Shown one piece after another: positions 7,501 to 16,720 of a stretch of 31,254 bases of DNA (its first letter is position 1; each line of letters starts with the position of its first letter). The notes under the pieces were generated by a model that had not been told where the DNA came from, ran no database searches, and worked only from the letters and a program-made list of their open reading frames with translations. Made by a program: the position numbers and the translations under genes. The stretch is from a virus (taxonomy: Duplodnaviria; Caudoviricetes): IMG/VR virus record IMGVR_UViG_3300032320_001150, positions 1 to 31,254 of that record. The stretch is one strand, 5' to 3'.

Positions 7501-9780
7501 ATGCAAAATAATAAAGAAATCGAACAAATCGTAGCTATTGCTGTTAAAATGGCAAAAGAAAAACAGCACGAGTATGTTTTAACTGAACATGTGTTATTAG
7601 CATTAGTCCGCCATGCCCCTTTCCATAAGGTATTAGAAACTTTTGGGTGTGATGTTATTTCCTTAGACGCTGAATTAGAGGCTTATATCAATAGTCTTGT
7701 TAGTATTGTTACTAATAAAAAAGATTTTCAACCTAAAAAAACCAATGCTCTCGAGCGGTGTTTTAATCGTGCTATGACACAAGTATTGTTTACTGGCCGT
7801 CGTAGTATGAATACTAGTGATTTATATCTAGCCATGATGTCCGAGAATAATTCACACGCACATTATTTTTTATTAAAATATGGTATCAAGAAAAAAGAGT
7901 TTATGGAACATTGGCAAACACATTATAAACATGATGATATCACGATTACTAGTTCGCAAGCTAATGAAATCTTAACTGAGTATTGTACAAATTTAACTAA
8001 ATTGGCTGCCGAAGATAGATTAGAGCCAATGATTGGCCGTAGTGAAGAACTAAGCGAAATTATTACAGTTTTGGCCCGAAAATTTAAAGCCAATGTACTA
8101 ATGGTTGGCGACCCGGGTGTAGGCAAGACAGCTATTGCTGAAGGTCTTGCTCAAGAGATTATGCTTAATCGTGTTCCACAATTTTTAATGGGACACGAAG
8201 TGTGGTCTTTAGAAATTGGTAGCTTATTAGCCGGTTCAAAATATCGCGGTGAGTTCGAAGAAAAATTTAAACAAGTTATCGGAGCATTGGAGATTAAGGG
8301 AAATTGTGTACTATTCATAGACGAAGCACATACTATGAAAGGTGCTGGCGCTAGTACTCAGAGTACATTAGATTTTGCTAACATGTTAAAACCCGCTATT
8401 ACCAAAGGCAAACTTAAAGTAGTGGCCAGTACGACATGGGAAGAATTCTACGAATCGTTTGAAAAGGATCGTGCGTTAATGCGTCGATTCCATCGCGTGG
8501 GCATTGACGAGCCAACTCCAGAAATTACAGAACAAATTCTAATTGGGCTGAGTCCTCGTTTAGAACAGTTTCATAATGTATTGATTGACACAGATGCTAT
8601 TAAATCTGCGGTAGAATTAAGTGGTCGTTATATACATGACCGCAAAAATCCAGATAAAAGTATTGATTTGTTAGACGGTGCTTGTGCCAAAGAAAGAGTC
8701 AAAGATCTTGGCAATGTGACTATTAATAAAGAAATGATCATGTCCCAGTTAAGCCGTATTACTGAAGTGCCTATGGATAGATTGCAAAACGAACGTAGTG
8801 CTAATATTATGGAAATAGAAAGTAATATTAAACAAAAACTATATGGACAGGATCAAGCAGTTGATTTAGTACTTGACCGAATTTATATTAACTTTTCCGG
8901 TATAGGCAATGATAATCGTCCTATTGCTAGTTTCTTATTTCTTGGCCCAACAGGCACAGGCAAGACTGAACTTGCTAAATTGTTAGCAGAAGGACTTGAC
9001 ATGCAGTTGTTAAAGTATGACATGTCCGAGTACCAAGAAAAGCATACTGTGAGTAGTTTAATTGGAGCACCTCCCGGGTATGTAGGATTTGAGGATGGTA
9101 ATGTAGGCGGCGGTAAACTTATTAGTGATGTAAGTAAAAATCCATATTCTATCTTATTGTTTGACGAAATTGAAAAGGCACACCCTGATGTTATTAACAT
9201 TATGTTACAAATGTTAGACGAAGCTAGAATTACCAGTGCTAATGGAAAGTCAGTTAATCTGAAAAATACTATCATTATCATGACTAGCAACTTAGGCGCT
9301 CGTGATAATGAAAATAATAATATTGGGTTTGGGCAATCGTTAGAAAAGACTGGTTCCGAGGATAAAGCAATGAAAGATTTTTTTAAACCTGAATTGCGTA
9401 ATCGCATCGATCAAGTATGTAAATTTAAGAAATTAGATACTCTTGCTATCAAGAAAGTTGTGCTTAAATTTGTTGATCAATTACAAGTTAGTCTTAGTAA
9501 TAAAAATATCAAACTTAACTTGGCCGAATCAGTTATCGATATGTTAGCTGAAAAAGGATACGATCCTAAGATGGGTGCTCGTCCATTAAATCGTAAGATC
9601 GATGAACTAATCCGTGTTCCATTGAGTAAAAAGATTTTATTTGAAAGATTATCTGATTGTACTATTAATGCTATTATGATTGATGATAAGATTGATTTCA
9701 CTATCATACAACCAGCTCCTATGGCTTTGGTTAATGATTCTGGTATTATTGTGCTCGATGGCGAATCCCCTACAGTTTAA
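7501..9780 (+). CDS. clpA: ClpA-type AAA+ unfoldase (Clp protease ATP-binding subunit)
   Basis: Clp N-domain, Walker A motifs GDPGVGKT and GPTGTGKT, Walker B FIDEAH and LFDEIEKAH, pore loop PPGYVG, IGF loop (NNNIGFG); no long M-domain. Confidence 0.92.
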   Translation: MQNNKEIEQIVAIAVKMAKEKQHEYVLTEHVLLALVRHAPFHKVLETFGCDVISLDAELEAYINSLVSIVTNKKDFQPKKTNALERCFNRAMTQVLFTGRRSMNTSDLYLAMMSENNSHAHYFLLKYGIKKKEFMEHWQTHYKHDDITITSSQANEILTEYCTNLTKLAAEDRLEPMIGRSEELSEIITVLARKFKANVLMVGDPGVGKTAIAEGLAQEIMLNRVPQFLMGHEVWSLEIGSLLAGSKYRGEFEEKFKQVIGALEIKGNCVLFIDEAHTMKGAGASTQSTLDFANMLKPAITKGKLKVVASTTWEEFYESFEKDRALMRRFHRVGIDEPTPEITEQILIGLSPRLEQFHNVLIDTDAIKSAVELSGRYIHDRKNPDKSIDLLDGACAKERVKDLGNVTINKEMIMSQLSRITEVPMDRLQNERSANIMEIESNIKQKLYGQDQAVDLVLDRIYINFSGIGNDNRPIASFLFLGPTGTGKTELAKLLAEGLDMQLLKYDMSEYQEKHTVSSLIGAPPGYVGFEDGNVGGGKLISDVSKNPYSILLFDEIEKAHPDVINIMLQMLDEARITSANGKSVNLKNTIIIMTSNLGARDNENNNIGFGQSLEKTGSEDKAMKDFFKPELRNRIDQVCKFKKLDTLAIKKVVLKFVDQLQVSLSNKNIKLNLAESVIDMLAEKGYDPKMGARPLNRKIDELIRVPLSKKILFERLSDCTINAIMIDDKIDFTIIQPAPMALVNDSGIIVLDGESPTV

Positions 9781-10465
9781 ACCTGTCCCTAAAGATAGCT
9801 ACTTTTACGGCAAATATAGATATTGTATAACGTTCACTTTGGATGAAGTAAACGCATTAAAATCGCTCGATCATCAATATATCGATGCTATAATACAAAG
9901 AAGAATATTATGGCGTGAAGTTGCTCAACAAAGATGGACTAACGGCGTACAAAATGCTAAACATACTATTTTATCTAAACGATATAAGGATATTACAGAT
10001 AAAACTTTAGAAGATTTACATAATTTTGCCGACTTATTAATTTCAACTTCTACAGAATTTAAATTAGTAACTTCAGTTAATCAAGGGTGGATATATACAA
10101 ACGTTGTTAGTTTTATTAAAAAAATAAAAAGTTTAAATTATCTCAAAAATAAAGATTATACAGAAGCTATAGTGTCTAGACCTAAAGGCACTATTAAATT
10201 ACAAGATCCTAAGCATACACATAGAAGTTACTTAAAAAGTATTAAATTAACGGGTCAACAAAAACAAAATCTTATAAATTTTTTTGCTAATCAATTGGAT
10301 CATGTAAGAGTTGCGCCGGCATTTAATAAGTTCTTAATAGAAAGCCCTTACTTACGTACTCAAGACTATTTTTTCATAGATCATGTTGGGGAAAGCTGGC
10401 TAGTTATGTTAAATTTGATCTATCCAGGGATAATTAGAAAGACCATGGAAATTGTACCATCATAA
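9758..10465 (+). CDS. Hypothetical protein
   Basis: Long ORF; ATG 9758 (MANPLQF) is preferred over 9680 because it minimises overlap with clpA. Confidence 0.7.
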   Translation: MANPLQFKPVPKDSYFYGKYRYCITFTLDEVNALKSLDHQYIDAIIQRRILWREVAQQRWTNGVQNAKHTILSKRYKDITDKTLEDLHNFADLLISTSTEFKLVTSVNQGWIYTNVVSFIKKIKSLNYLKNKDYTEAIVSRPKGTIKLQDPKHTHRSYLKSIKLTGQQKQNLINFFANQLDHVRVAPAFNKFLIESPYLRTQDYFFIDHVGESWLVMLNLIYPGIIRKTMEIVPS

Positions 10466-10475
10466 ATAATATACT

Positions 10476-10844
10476 ATGACAACTTTTACTAACGAATCCT
10501 TATTGCCAACTACAGTCTATGGAACCCCATCGGGCAACTACGACGGCATTAGTTCAGCATTTATAGGTAACGCTATACCAGCCGCAAATTACTATGGCGG
10601 TCAAGGATCAGCCCAAACTGCGATAATTGAAACTACTGGATTTATAGGAGTTCTTACTATAGAAGCTAGTTTAAACGACTGGACTCAACAAGCTGAATGG
10701 TTTGCTGTTGAAACCTATGGTAATGTAAGTACTCCAACAACCGGCACTCAGGCTATTAATATGCTTGGCAATTTCGTATGGCTTCGTGCCCGAGTAACAG
10801 ATTTTACTGCCGGCACAATAAATTCAGGAAATGTAATATTCTAA
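10476..10844 (+). CDS. Hypothetical beta-rich protein, possibly structural
   Basis: G/T/N-rich, ends GNFVWLRARV; preceded by ATAAATA, which overlaps the previous stop codon. Confidence 0.65.
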   Translation: MTTFTNESLLPTTVYGTPSGNYDGISSAFIGNAIPAANYYGGQGSAQTAIIETTGFIGVLTIEASLNDWTQQAEWFAVETYGNVSTPTTGTQAINMLGNFVWLRARVTDFTAGTINSGNVIF

Positions 10845-10859
10845 TATAGCTATTTTTAA

Positions 10860-10866
10860 CTAAATA
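10860..10866 (+). promoter_or_regulatory. T4-like late promoter motif (CTAAATA)
   Basis: Intergenic TAAATA ending 5 nt before ATG 10872; resembles the T4 gp55 late promoter TATAAATA. Confidence 0.55.
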
Positions 10867-10871
10867 TTAGA

Positions 10872-11690
10872 ATGCGTACAGTAGTAATCTATCCCGGAAG
10901 ATTCCAGCCAGGTCACAAAGGCCATAAGTCTAGTTACGATTATCTTACCAAGCAATTTGGTGACCAAAATGTGTATGTAGCTACATCTGATGTAACTGCT
11001 CCGGTAACTAATCCTTTTAGTTTTGCTGATAAAGTTGAAATGCTTACTAAGTTAGGTATTCCATCTGGTCGTATTGTTCAAGTTCGTAATCCGTATCAAG
11101 CTCAAGAAATTACCAAAGATATTCCTGATCCAGAAAATACAGCTCTTGTATTTGCGGTATCTGAAAAAGACATGGGCGAAACCCCGCGTTTTAAATTTGG
11201 TATTAAAAAGAACGGCGAACCAAGTTACATGCAACCTTATCCTGAAAACGGTAAGCTACAACCGTTGACCAAACACGCTTATGTTATGGTTACTCCAACT
11301 ACTACATTTAAAATTAAAGGTAAAGATGCTAGTTCTGCCACTACAATACGCAAAATGTACACAGATGGTAATGAACATGATCGTAAACAAATTTTACATG
11401 ATTTATACGGGGTAGATGATTCTGCTTTACATCAGTTATTTGATAAAAAACTAGGCGTAGCTAAAAAAGCCCGCGATATAATTATTCAAGAACCTGCTAT
11501 AGACGGTGATGTAATTGACCAACCTAAACCAGTAATTCGTAACGAATCTAAACAACACAAAGCAAAAATCGCAAAATTGCTTGAGTCAACTATTCTGGCA
11601 GAACGCATTGCGGCACATTGTTACAGAAGTTTTGAAGAAGATTTAATCCCTAATTATATAGACGAAAAATCAGGCAGAAAATTTTACTAG
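10872..11690 (+). CDS. HxGH (cytidylyltransferase-like) nucleotidyltransferase
   Basis: N-terminal YPGRFQPGHKGH, NPFSFADK and C-terminal SSATTIRK motifs of the HIGH/HxGH superfamily. Confidence 0.82.
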   Translation: MRTVVIYPGRFQPGHKGHKSSYDYLTKQFGDQNVYVATSDVTAPVTNPFSFADKVEMLTKLGIPSGRIVQVRNPYQAQEITKDIPDPENTALVFAVSEKDMGETPRFKFGIKKNGEPSYMQPYPENGKLQPLTKHAYVMVTPTTTFKIKGKDASSATTIRKMYTDGNEHDRKQILHDLYGVDDSALHQLFDKKLGVAKKARDIIIQEPAIDGDVIDQPKPVIRNESKQHKAKIAKLLESTILAERIAAHCYRSFEEDLIPNYIDEKSGRKFY

Positions 11691-11701
11691 GTCTTCCTAC
11701 T

Positions 11702-11720
11702 AGTGTAAATATGTTACACT
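11702..11720 (+). promoter_or_regulatory. Late promoter motif within a 7-bp inverted repeat
   Basis: AGTGTAA-atatg-TTACACT; TAAATA at 11706-11711; GAGG SD before ATG 11736. Confidence 0.5.
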
Positions 11721-11735
11721 TTACAAGAGGAAACC

Positions 11736-12629
11736 ATGGCAACACAACAACCAGAAGCTGTAGTACCAACAACAGAAACCCCAGCACCAGCTGCTGGGCA
11801 AGTTCAAGTTAATATTGATTATTTAAAAACTACCCGGGTACACATCTGTATGCCATGTTATGGAGGTATGCTTACAGAATCAACATTTATGTCTTATATT
11901 AAATGGGCTAATACTGCTCGTCAATTAGGCATTGACTGGACTATGGAAACAATGACTAACGAATCATTGATTAGTCGTGCTCGTAACACACTTACAGCTA
12001 AATTCCTATCTAACCCAGATTCAACACACTTAATGTTTATTGATGCTGATATTGGTTGGGAACCATGGCATTTGTTAGTAATGTTGAACCGTGATGTGGA
12101 TGTTATCGGCGGCTTATATCCAATGAAATCACTTCCAGTTAAATGGTGCGTAAACGGGTTTGACGGCGCAGAAGAAGGCCCAGATGGTTTACAGGAAGTT
12201 ACTAAAACAGGAACAGGTTTCTTGTTAATGAAGCGTCATATTTTTGAAAAACTCAATGCTCATCCAGCAGTTAAGCCGTTTAATTCTGATATTGGTTTAC
12301 CCCCAGAGTTAAATGTTTATATGAAAACTTACTTTGACACAGCCGTTCGCGAAAACCGTTATTACTCAGAGGACTGGACATTCTGTGAAAATTGGCGTGA
12401 CCTAGGTGGTAGAATTTGGGTTGATAAACGAGTATTATTAAAGCACACAGGCACTTATGTATTTGATTATGCCGCACAAGATCAACTTTACAAAGATTTA
12501 CATCAGTTGGCTATTAGTAATCAACAGCCAGCACAAACAATAGCACAAGCAACTAATGGCCCGGTAGCCGCACCAGAAGCTCCTAAAGCTACTGTAGTTG
12601 CTTCAAGCAAAGGTAAGAAAAAGAAATAA
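11736..12629 (+). CDS. GT-A fold glycosyltransferase-like protein
   Basis: ICMPCYGG, ESLISRARN, HLMFIDADIGW (DxD), TGTGFLLMKR and YSEDWTFC motifs; low-complexity termini. Confidence 0.8.
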   Translation: MATQQPEAVVPTTETPAPAAGQVQVNIDYLKTTRVHICMPCYGGMLTESTFMSYIKWANTARQLGIDWTMETMTNESLISRARNTLTAKFLSNPDSTHLMFIDADIGWEPWHLLVMLNRDVDVIGGLYPMKSLPVKWCVNGFDGAEEGPDGLQEVTKTGTGFLLMKRHIFEKLNAHPAVKPFNSDIGLPPELNVYMKTYFDTAVRENRYYSEDWTFCENWRDLGGRIWVDKRVLLKHTGTYVFDYAAQDQLYKDLHQLAISNQQPAQTIAQATNGPVAAPEAPKATVVASSKGKKKK

Positions 12630-12650
12630 ACTAGGTAGTTTATAAACGGG

Positions 12651-12689
12651 CAAAGCCGTCATAGTTAACTCTATGGCGGTTTTGTTTTT
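12651..12689 (+). terminator. Rho-independent terminator
   Basis: 14-bp stem CAAAGCCGTCATAG / CTATGGCGGTTTTG (two G-U pairs), 6-nt loop, followed by TTTTT. Confidence 0.8.
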
Positions 12690-12699
12690 CCGCTAAATA
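12689..12699 (+). promoter_or_regulatory. T4-like late promoter motif (TCCGCTAAATA)
   Basis: Directly after the terminator and 8 nt before ATG 12708; the identical 11-mer recurs at 18474-18484. Confidence 0.6.
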
Positions 12700-12707
12700 T
12701 AAGTACG

Positions 12708-14180
12708 ATGAATATTGAACAACTAGAATCCTTTACCCTAGCAGATGCTATAAAATTTCATGATAACCTTAACCCGTTAATATGGGATAAAAGTGAACAT
12801 TTACATCCTGAAATTAGAGATCAACTGTTAGAAATAGCTGCAGATTTTAGCGACTTTCTTGGTGTTGATAATTTAAATTTAAAAGACATAACAATTTCGG
12901 GTAGTAATGCTGCTTTTTCATATACTCCACATTCTGACATAGATTTACATTTAATTGTAGACTTGGGCGACGAAGCACACAAAGACATATATCGTGAGTT
13001 GTTTGATGCTAAAAAGTTTATCTATAACAACGAACATAAAATTACTATTAAGGGTATTCCAGTTGAGTTGTATGTACAAGATGCCAACGAAGAACATCAT
13101 AGTCAGGGAATTTACAGTATAATGAATAACGACTGGATTCAAATTCCTCGCCGTAAACAATCAGATATCGATGATGTTAGCGTTCGTAGCAAATATAAAG
13201 ATTTAAGCAAGCGTATTAAAGAAGCTATCAAATCTAAATCATTAGAACAAATGACTACGGTAATGGACAAAATAAAAGAAATGCGCGGAGCAGGACTTGC
13301 TAGCCATGGCGAGTTCGGGCCAGAAAATTTAGCATTTAAATTGTTACGCAACAAAGGCGATTTAAAGAAACTACACAATGCTCGCAAACAAGCAAAGAGT
13401 GTTGAACTTAGTTTAAAAGAACGCCAGCCACAACAATCAGTCAAATATGGGTTTGGCCCTGATTATATTGAAGAAGTTGGCATTACCCCAGATGGTACTA
13501 ACCCTACTACTTCCGAATTTACTAACGAAGAACAATTAGACGAAGTAGGCGTTTCGCCAGACGGAACTAATCCTACTACTTCTATGTTTGCTAACGAATC
13601 TGACAATGATAAAACTACAATTCAAGACTTTATTAATTTTTGTATCAATGAATTGGAATTACAAAAAGAAATCAATTTAAGATTGCGCCGTGATCCGCAA
13701 TGGTCTGCTCGTAACAAAACATTCGGGCGATACAACAGCACCACTAATGAATTAGAAATAGGATTAAACGGCCGTCATATTATGGATGTGCTTAGAACAA
13801 TAGCACACGAACTGGTACATCAAAAACAAAATGAAATAGCTCCCGTACCAGATGATGCTGGCGAAGATGGTAGCCCTTACGAAAATGAAGCTAATGCTCA
13901 AGCGGGTGTATTAATGCGTAAGTACGGGTCATCCCATCCTGAATTGTTTATGGCTACAGAATTAAATGAAGCTTCGGGGTATATCCCTACAGCCGCACAA
14001 GCTCATGATCCACGATTTGAAATGGCACTTACTGTAGACATACGACCAGGAGCTATTGGTAAAAATGCTAACAAACTATTATTAAATACAGATAGTCAAG
14101 GCCATCCGCAAGAGCTACGCCCAGATGGTGTTGTAAAAAGAATGATGGAAGAATTAGAATTGTTTAAAGGAAATTATTAA
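12708..14180 (+). CDS. Modular protein: Pol-beta-type nucleotidyltransferase + HEXXH metallopeptidase-like domain
   Basis: SGSNAAFSYTPHSDIDLHL (GS...DxD) with later ELYVQD; RTIAHELVHQKQ...ENEANA zincin motif; internal peptide repeats between the domains. Confidence 0.75.
   Translation: MNIEQLESFTLADAIKFHDNLNPLIWDKSEHLHPEIRDQLLEIAADFSDFLGVDNLNLKDITISGSNAAFSYTPHSDIDLHLIVDLGDEAHKDIYRELFDAKKFIYNNEHKITIKGIPVELYVQDANEEHHSQGIYSIMNNDWIQIPRRKQSDIDDVSVRSKYKDLSKRIKEAIKSKSLEQMTTVMDKIKEMRGAGLASHGEFGPENLAFKLLRNKGDLKKLHNARKQAKSVELSLKERQPQQSVKYGFGPDYIEEVGITPDGTNPTTSEFTNEEQLDEVGVSPDGTNPTTSMFANESDNDKTTIQDFINFCINELELQKEINLRLRRDPQWSARNKTFGRYNSTTNELEIGLNGRHIMDVLRTIAHELVHQKQNEIAPVPDDAGEDGSPYENEANAQAGVLMRKYGSSHPELFMATELNEASGYIPTAAQAHDPRFEMALTVDIRPGAIGKNANKLLLNTDSQGHPQELRPDGVVKRMMEELELFKGNY
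13473..13598 (+). repeat. Duplicated 19-aa peptide module
   Basis: EVGITPDGTNPTTSEFTNE (13473-13529) and EVGVSPDGTNPTTSMFANE (13542-13598); synonymous sites have diverged while most residues are kept. Confidence 0.85.
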
Positions 14181-15337
14181 TGAAAGCTCATGAATTTATA
14201 TTTGAATCTGCTCAAACAACTTTAGGTGGATTCAAAGTTACACCATTACATATTGAAGATCAAGATGTAGACGAAGCTATTGGTTTGAATGCTCCGCATC
14301 GCCGCATGAGTCGTGATGAATTACAAGGATATGCTAATCGTATCAAAACTGGTACTAAAACTAAAAAAGATAGATTTGCTCCTATTATACATGGCAGTAA
14401 CATCAAGGCAATTACCAAAGACGACAACGGCACCGAATGGGATTTAGATGATTTAGCTCGTCAAATTACTACCCGTCCTCGTTCATTGTTAGGTACTAAT
14501 GCTAAGATGAGCAAGAGTGCTACTGAAGGCGAAATTGTTTATGATTTAACATTGCCAGCACTAAGTGGTATTGTAGTTGATGAAGAAAACGGTGACTTTG
14601 TAGAAATTACTACTTGTCCAGGTGCTGGCGGTTGCCAATTATTTTGCTATGCTCGTAAAGGCGGCTATGTAATGTTTCCAGCTAGTTCGATGTCGGCCGC
14701 ACAAGCATTGAATTTTTTAGTGAATAATCCTCCTGAATATATGGCCATGGTCAATAAAGAGATACAAGGCCTTAAGGGCAAAGCCGACAAGCATGGAATA
14801 AGACTAGTAGTACGCTGGCATGATGCTGGCGATTTTTTTAGTAAGGAATATTTAGATTTAGCATTTAGTGTTGCTCGTACTAATCCAGATGTAAAATTTT
14901 ATGCTTATACAAAAATAGCCGATGTTGCTACTGCTAACAAACCTAATAATTTTATTGTTAATTTTAGTTCTGGCAGTAAACGAGGCGAAGAAAAGAAAGT
15001 GGAATTACATAAAGCCCAAGGTAACGCAGTTAAGGATGCTGTAACATTACCTAAAGATATGTTCCGTACATTGTTTGTAACTGATCCTAAAGGCAAATAT
15101 GTTAAAGATGCTAAAGGTCGTACACAAGTTAAAAGCCCAGAAGCATGGGAAGAATTTAAAAAGACATTAGCCGTCAAGTACAAAATTGACCCAAATTCGA
15201 TTATCACATATGACCAGTTATTAACAATTCCAGAAGGCCCGCAACCTAAGTGGAATGTAGTTATATTCCCAGCAGGACACGGAGATCGTGCCGCTAACAG
15301 ATTAGATGTAATTAACAGTTTCTTAATGTTCCACTAA
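14180..15337 (+). CDS. GP88-like Cys-motif (putative Fe-S / radical-SAM-like) protein
   Basis: TCPGAGGCQLFCYARKG, VRWHDAGDFFS and FYAYTK, typical of the phage Gene product 88 family; N-terminal MKAHEFIFE leader. Confidence 0.7.
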   Translation: MKAHEFIFESAQTTLGGFKVTPLHIEDQDVDEAIGLNAPHRRMSRDELQGYANRIKTGTKTKKDRFAPIIHGSNIKAITKDDNGTEWDLDDLARQITTRPRSLLGTNAKMSKSATEGEIVYDLTLPALSGIVVDEENGDFVEITTCPGAGGCQLFCYARKGGYVMFPASSMSAAQALNFLVNNPPEYMAMVNKEIQGLKGKADKHGIRLVVRWHDAGDFFSKEYLDLAFSVARTNPDVKFYAYTKIADVATANKPNNFIVNFSSGSKRGEEKKVELHKAQGNAVKDAVTLPKDMFRTLFVTDPKGKYVKDAKGRTQVKSPEAWEEFKKTLAVKYKIDPNSIITYDQLLTIPEGPQPKWNVVIFPAGHGDRAANRLDVINSFLMFH

Positions 15338-15338
15338 A

Positions 15339-15995
15339 ATGATTCTAAACGACTTTACTGTTCACAAAACAAAATTTAGTAACGAACAGCTAGATGCTGT
15401 TCTTGCTGAACTTTGCGGTATTGTCATTGAAGGCCAACAAGATAATCCGGACTTTAACGGCATGGTAGCTGCCGCTGTGATTGATCCTAAAGGTAGATTA
15501 GTCACAGGACTAAACTATTTGTATGGAAACTATCGCATACACGCAGAACGTGCGGCTATAGACAAATACGAAGAAGAGTACAGCGAGTTACCTAAAGGTA
15601 GTATTATCGTTACTACACTAAGTCCTTGCTCAGATAAAATGGACAGTCGTTACGAAGAATCCTGTACAGATTTATTAAATAGTCGTAATGTTAAACTAGT
15701 ATATTGCGGCTATAACGATCCTACACAGAAAAATATACAAGACAAATTTGTTACTATTATTACAGAAAATAATAAAATTAAAGAACTTTGCAAAAAGTTT
15801 GCTGATACTTTTTTAGACAAGTTAAGCGAAAACTTTGCCGATGGTAAAGGTCCAGGTCGTCCAGGAGATAGTCGACGCCACGGAATACCTAAAGGTGCCA
15901 CAATGGCTGAATTAGAAAAAGCTAGCCACGCAAATGGTCGAAAAGGCCAGCTAGCTCGCTGGCAACTAAATATGCGTAGAGGAAAGAAAAAATGA
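15339..15995 (+). CDS. Zn-dependent nucleotide deaminase-like protein with basic C-terminal module
   Basis: VAAAVID, IHAERAAI and TTLSPC...C motifs of the cytidine deaminase/RibD/TadA fold; tail after KLSE is a basic G/R/K-rich module. Confidence 0.75.
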   Translation: MILNDFTVHKTKFSNEQLDAVLAELCGIVIEGQQDNPDFNGMVAAAVIDPKGRLVTGLNYLYGNYRIHAERAAIDKYEEEYSELPKGSIIVTTLSPCSDKMDSRYEESCTDLLNSRNVKLVYCGYNDPTQKNIQDKFVTIITENNKIKELCKKFADTFLDKLSENFADGKGPGRPGDSRRHGIPKGATMAELEKASHANGRKGQLARWQLNMRRGKKK

Positions 15996-16720
15996 AAGCT
16001 AACGAATTTTTAACAGAAAAATGGAGTCAAAAATACAAGAAAAGTATAAACTGTAGCCATCCTAAAGGTTTCAGCCAAAAGGCTCATTGTGCCGGTAAGA
16101 AAAAGCACAATGAAAGTATTGAGATGGAAATGACCTGTCCTGATTGTGGTATGTGTCAGACTCACGGTAATCTTAACGAGATTAAAAAAGGCCAAAAGGA
16201 TAGCAATGGCTATACTAAGTGCTGGCCTGGTAAACACGCCGAAGGAACTAAAAAAGGTAAAAATGGCGGGTTAGTGCGTAACTGTGTACCTAACGAAAGC
16301 GAAGAATTAGACGAAGAGTTTGATTTAATAGAATATATTATTAATAATCTTGCTAATCGTAATCAAGTAGATCCAGAAATAATTTGGGAAGATTTAGAAT
16401 CACTTACCGATGACGAATTATATGTGTTTGCGGCTACAATGCCAATTATGGAAGATTGGCAAAAAGTTAACAAAAAAGATAAAACAGATGGCATGAGTAA
16501 AAAAGCTGTAAATGCTTATCGTCGTGAACATCCTGGATCAAAGTTAAAAACTGCCGTGACTACTAAACCTAGCAAATTGAAGAAAGGTAGTAAAGCTTCA
16601 AAGCGTCGCAAAAGTTATTGCTCACGCAGTAAGGGTCAAATGAAAATGCACAGTATCAGTTGTGCCAAGACTCCAGACAAAGCTATTTGTAAAGCACGAC
16701 GCCGTTGGAACTGTGAATGA
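15992..16720 (+). CDS. Modular basic Cys-containing protein, probable internal head protein
   Basis: MKANEFLTE leader; short Lys-rich modules with Cys pairs (INCSHPKGFSQKAHC; CPDCGMC; CWPG...NCVP; KRRKSYC...ARRRWNC) separated by xxE linkers. Confidence 0.65.
   Translation: MKANEFLTEKWSQKYKKSINCSHPKGFSQKAHCAGKKKHNESIEMEMTCPDCGMCQTHGNLNEIKKGQKDSNGYTKCWPGKHAEGTKKGKNGGLVRNCVPNESEELDEEFDLIEYIINNLANRNQVDPEIIWEDLESLTDDELYVFAATMPIMEDWQKVNKKDKTDGMSKKAVNAYRREHPGSKLKTAVTTKPSKLKKGSKASKRRKSYCSRSKGQMKMHSISCAKTPDKAICKARRRWNCE

Noticed and set aside
9680-9757. ORF-track start sites at 9680, 18355, 19082 and 29551
   Set aside because: Each creates a longer overlap with the upstream gene; ATGs at 9758, 18490, 19121 and 29578 give smaller or coupled overlaps or follow a promoter motif.
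7501-9780. ClpB disaggregase partnering DnaJ
   Set aside because: No coiled-coil M-domain, and an IGF loop is present, which fits ClpA.
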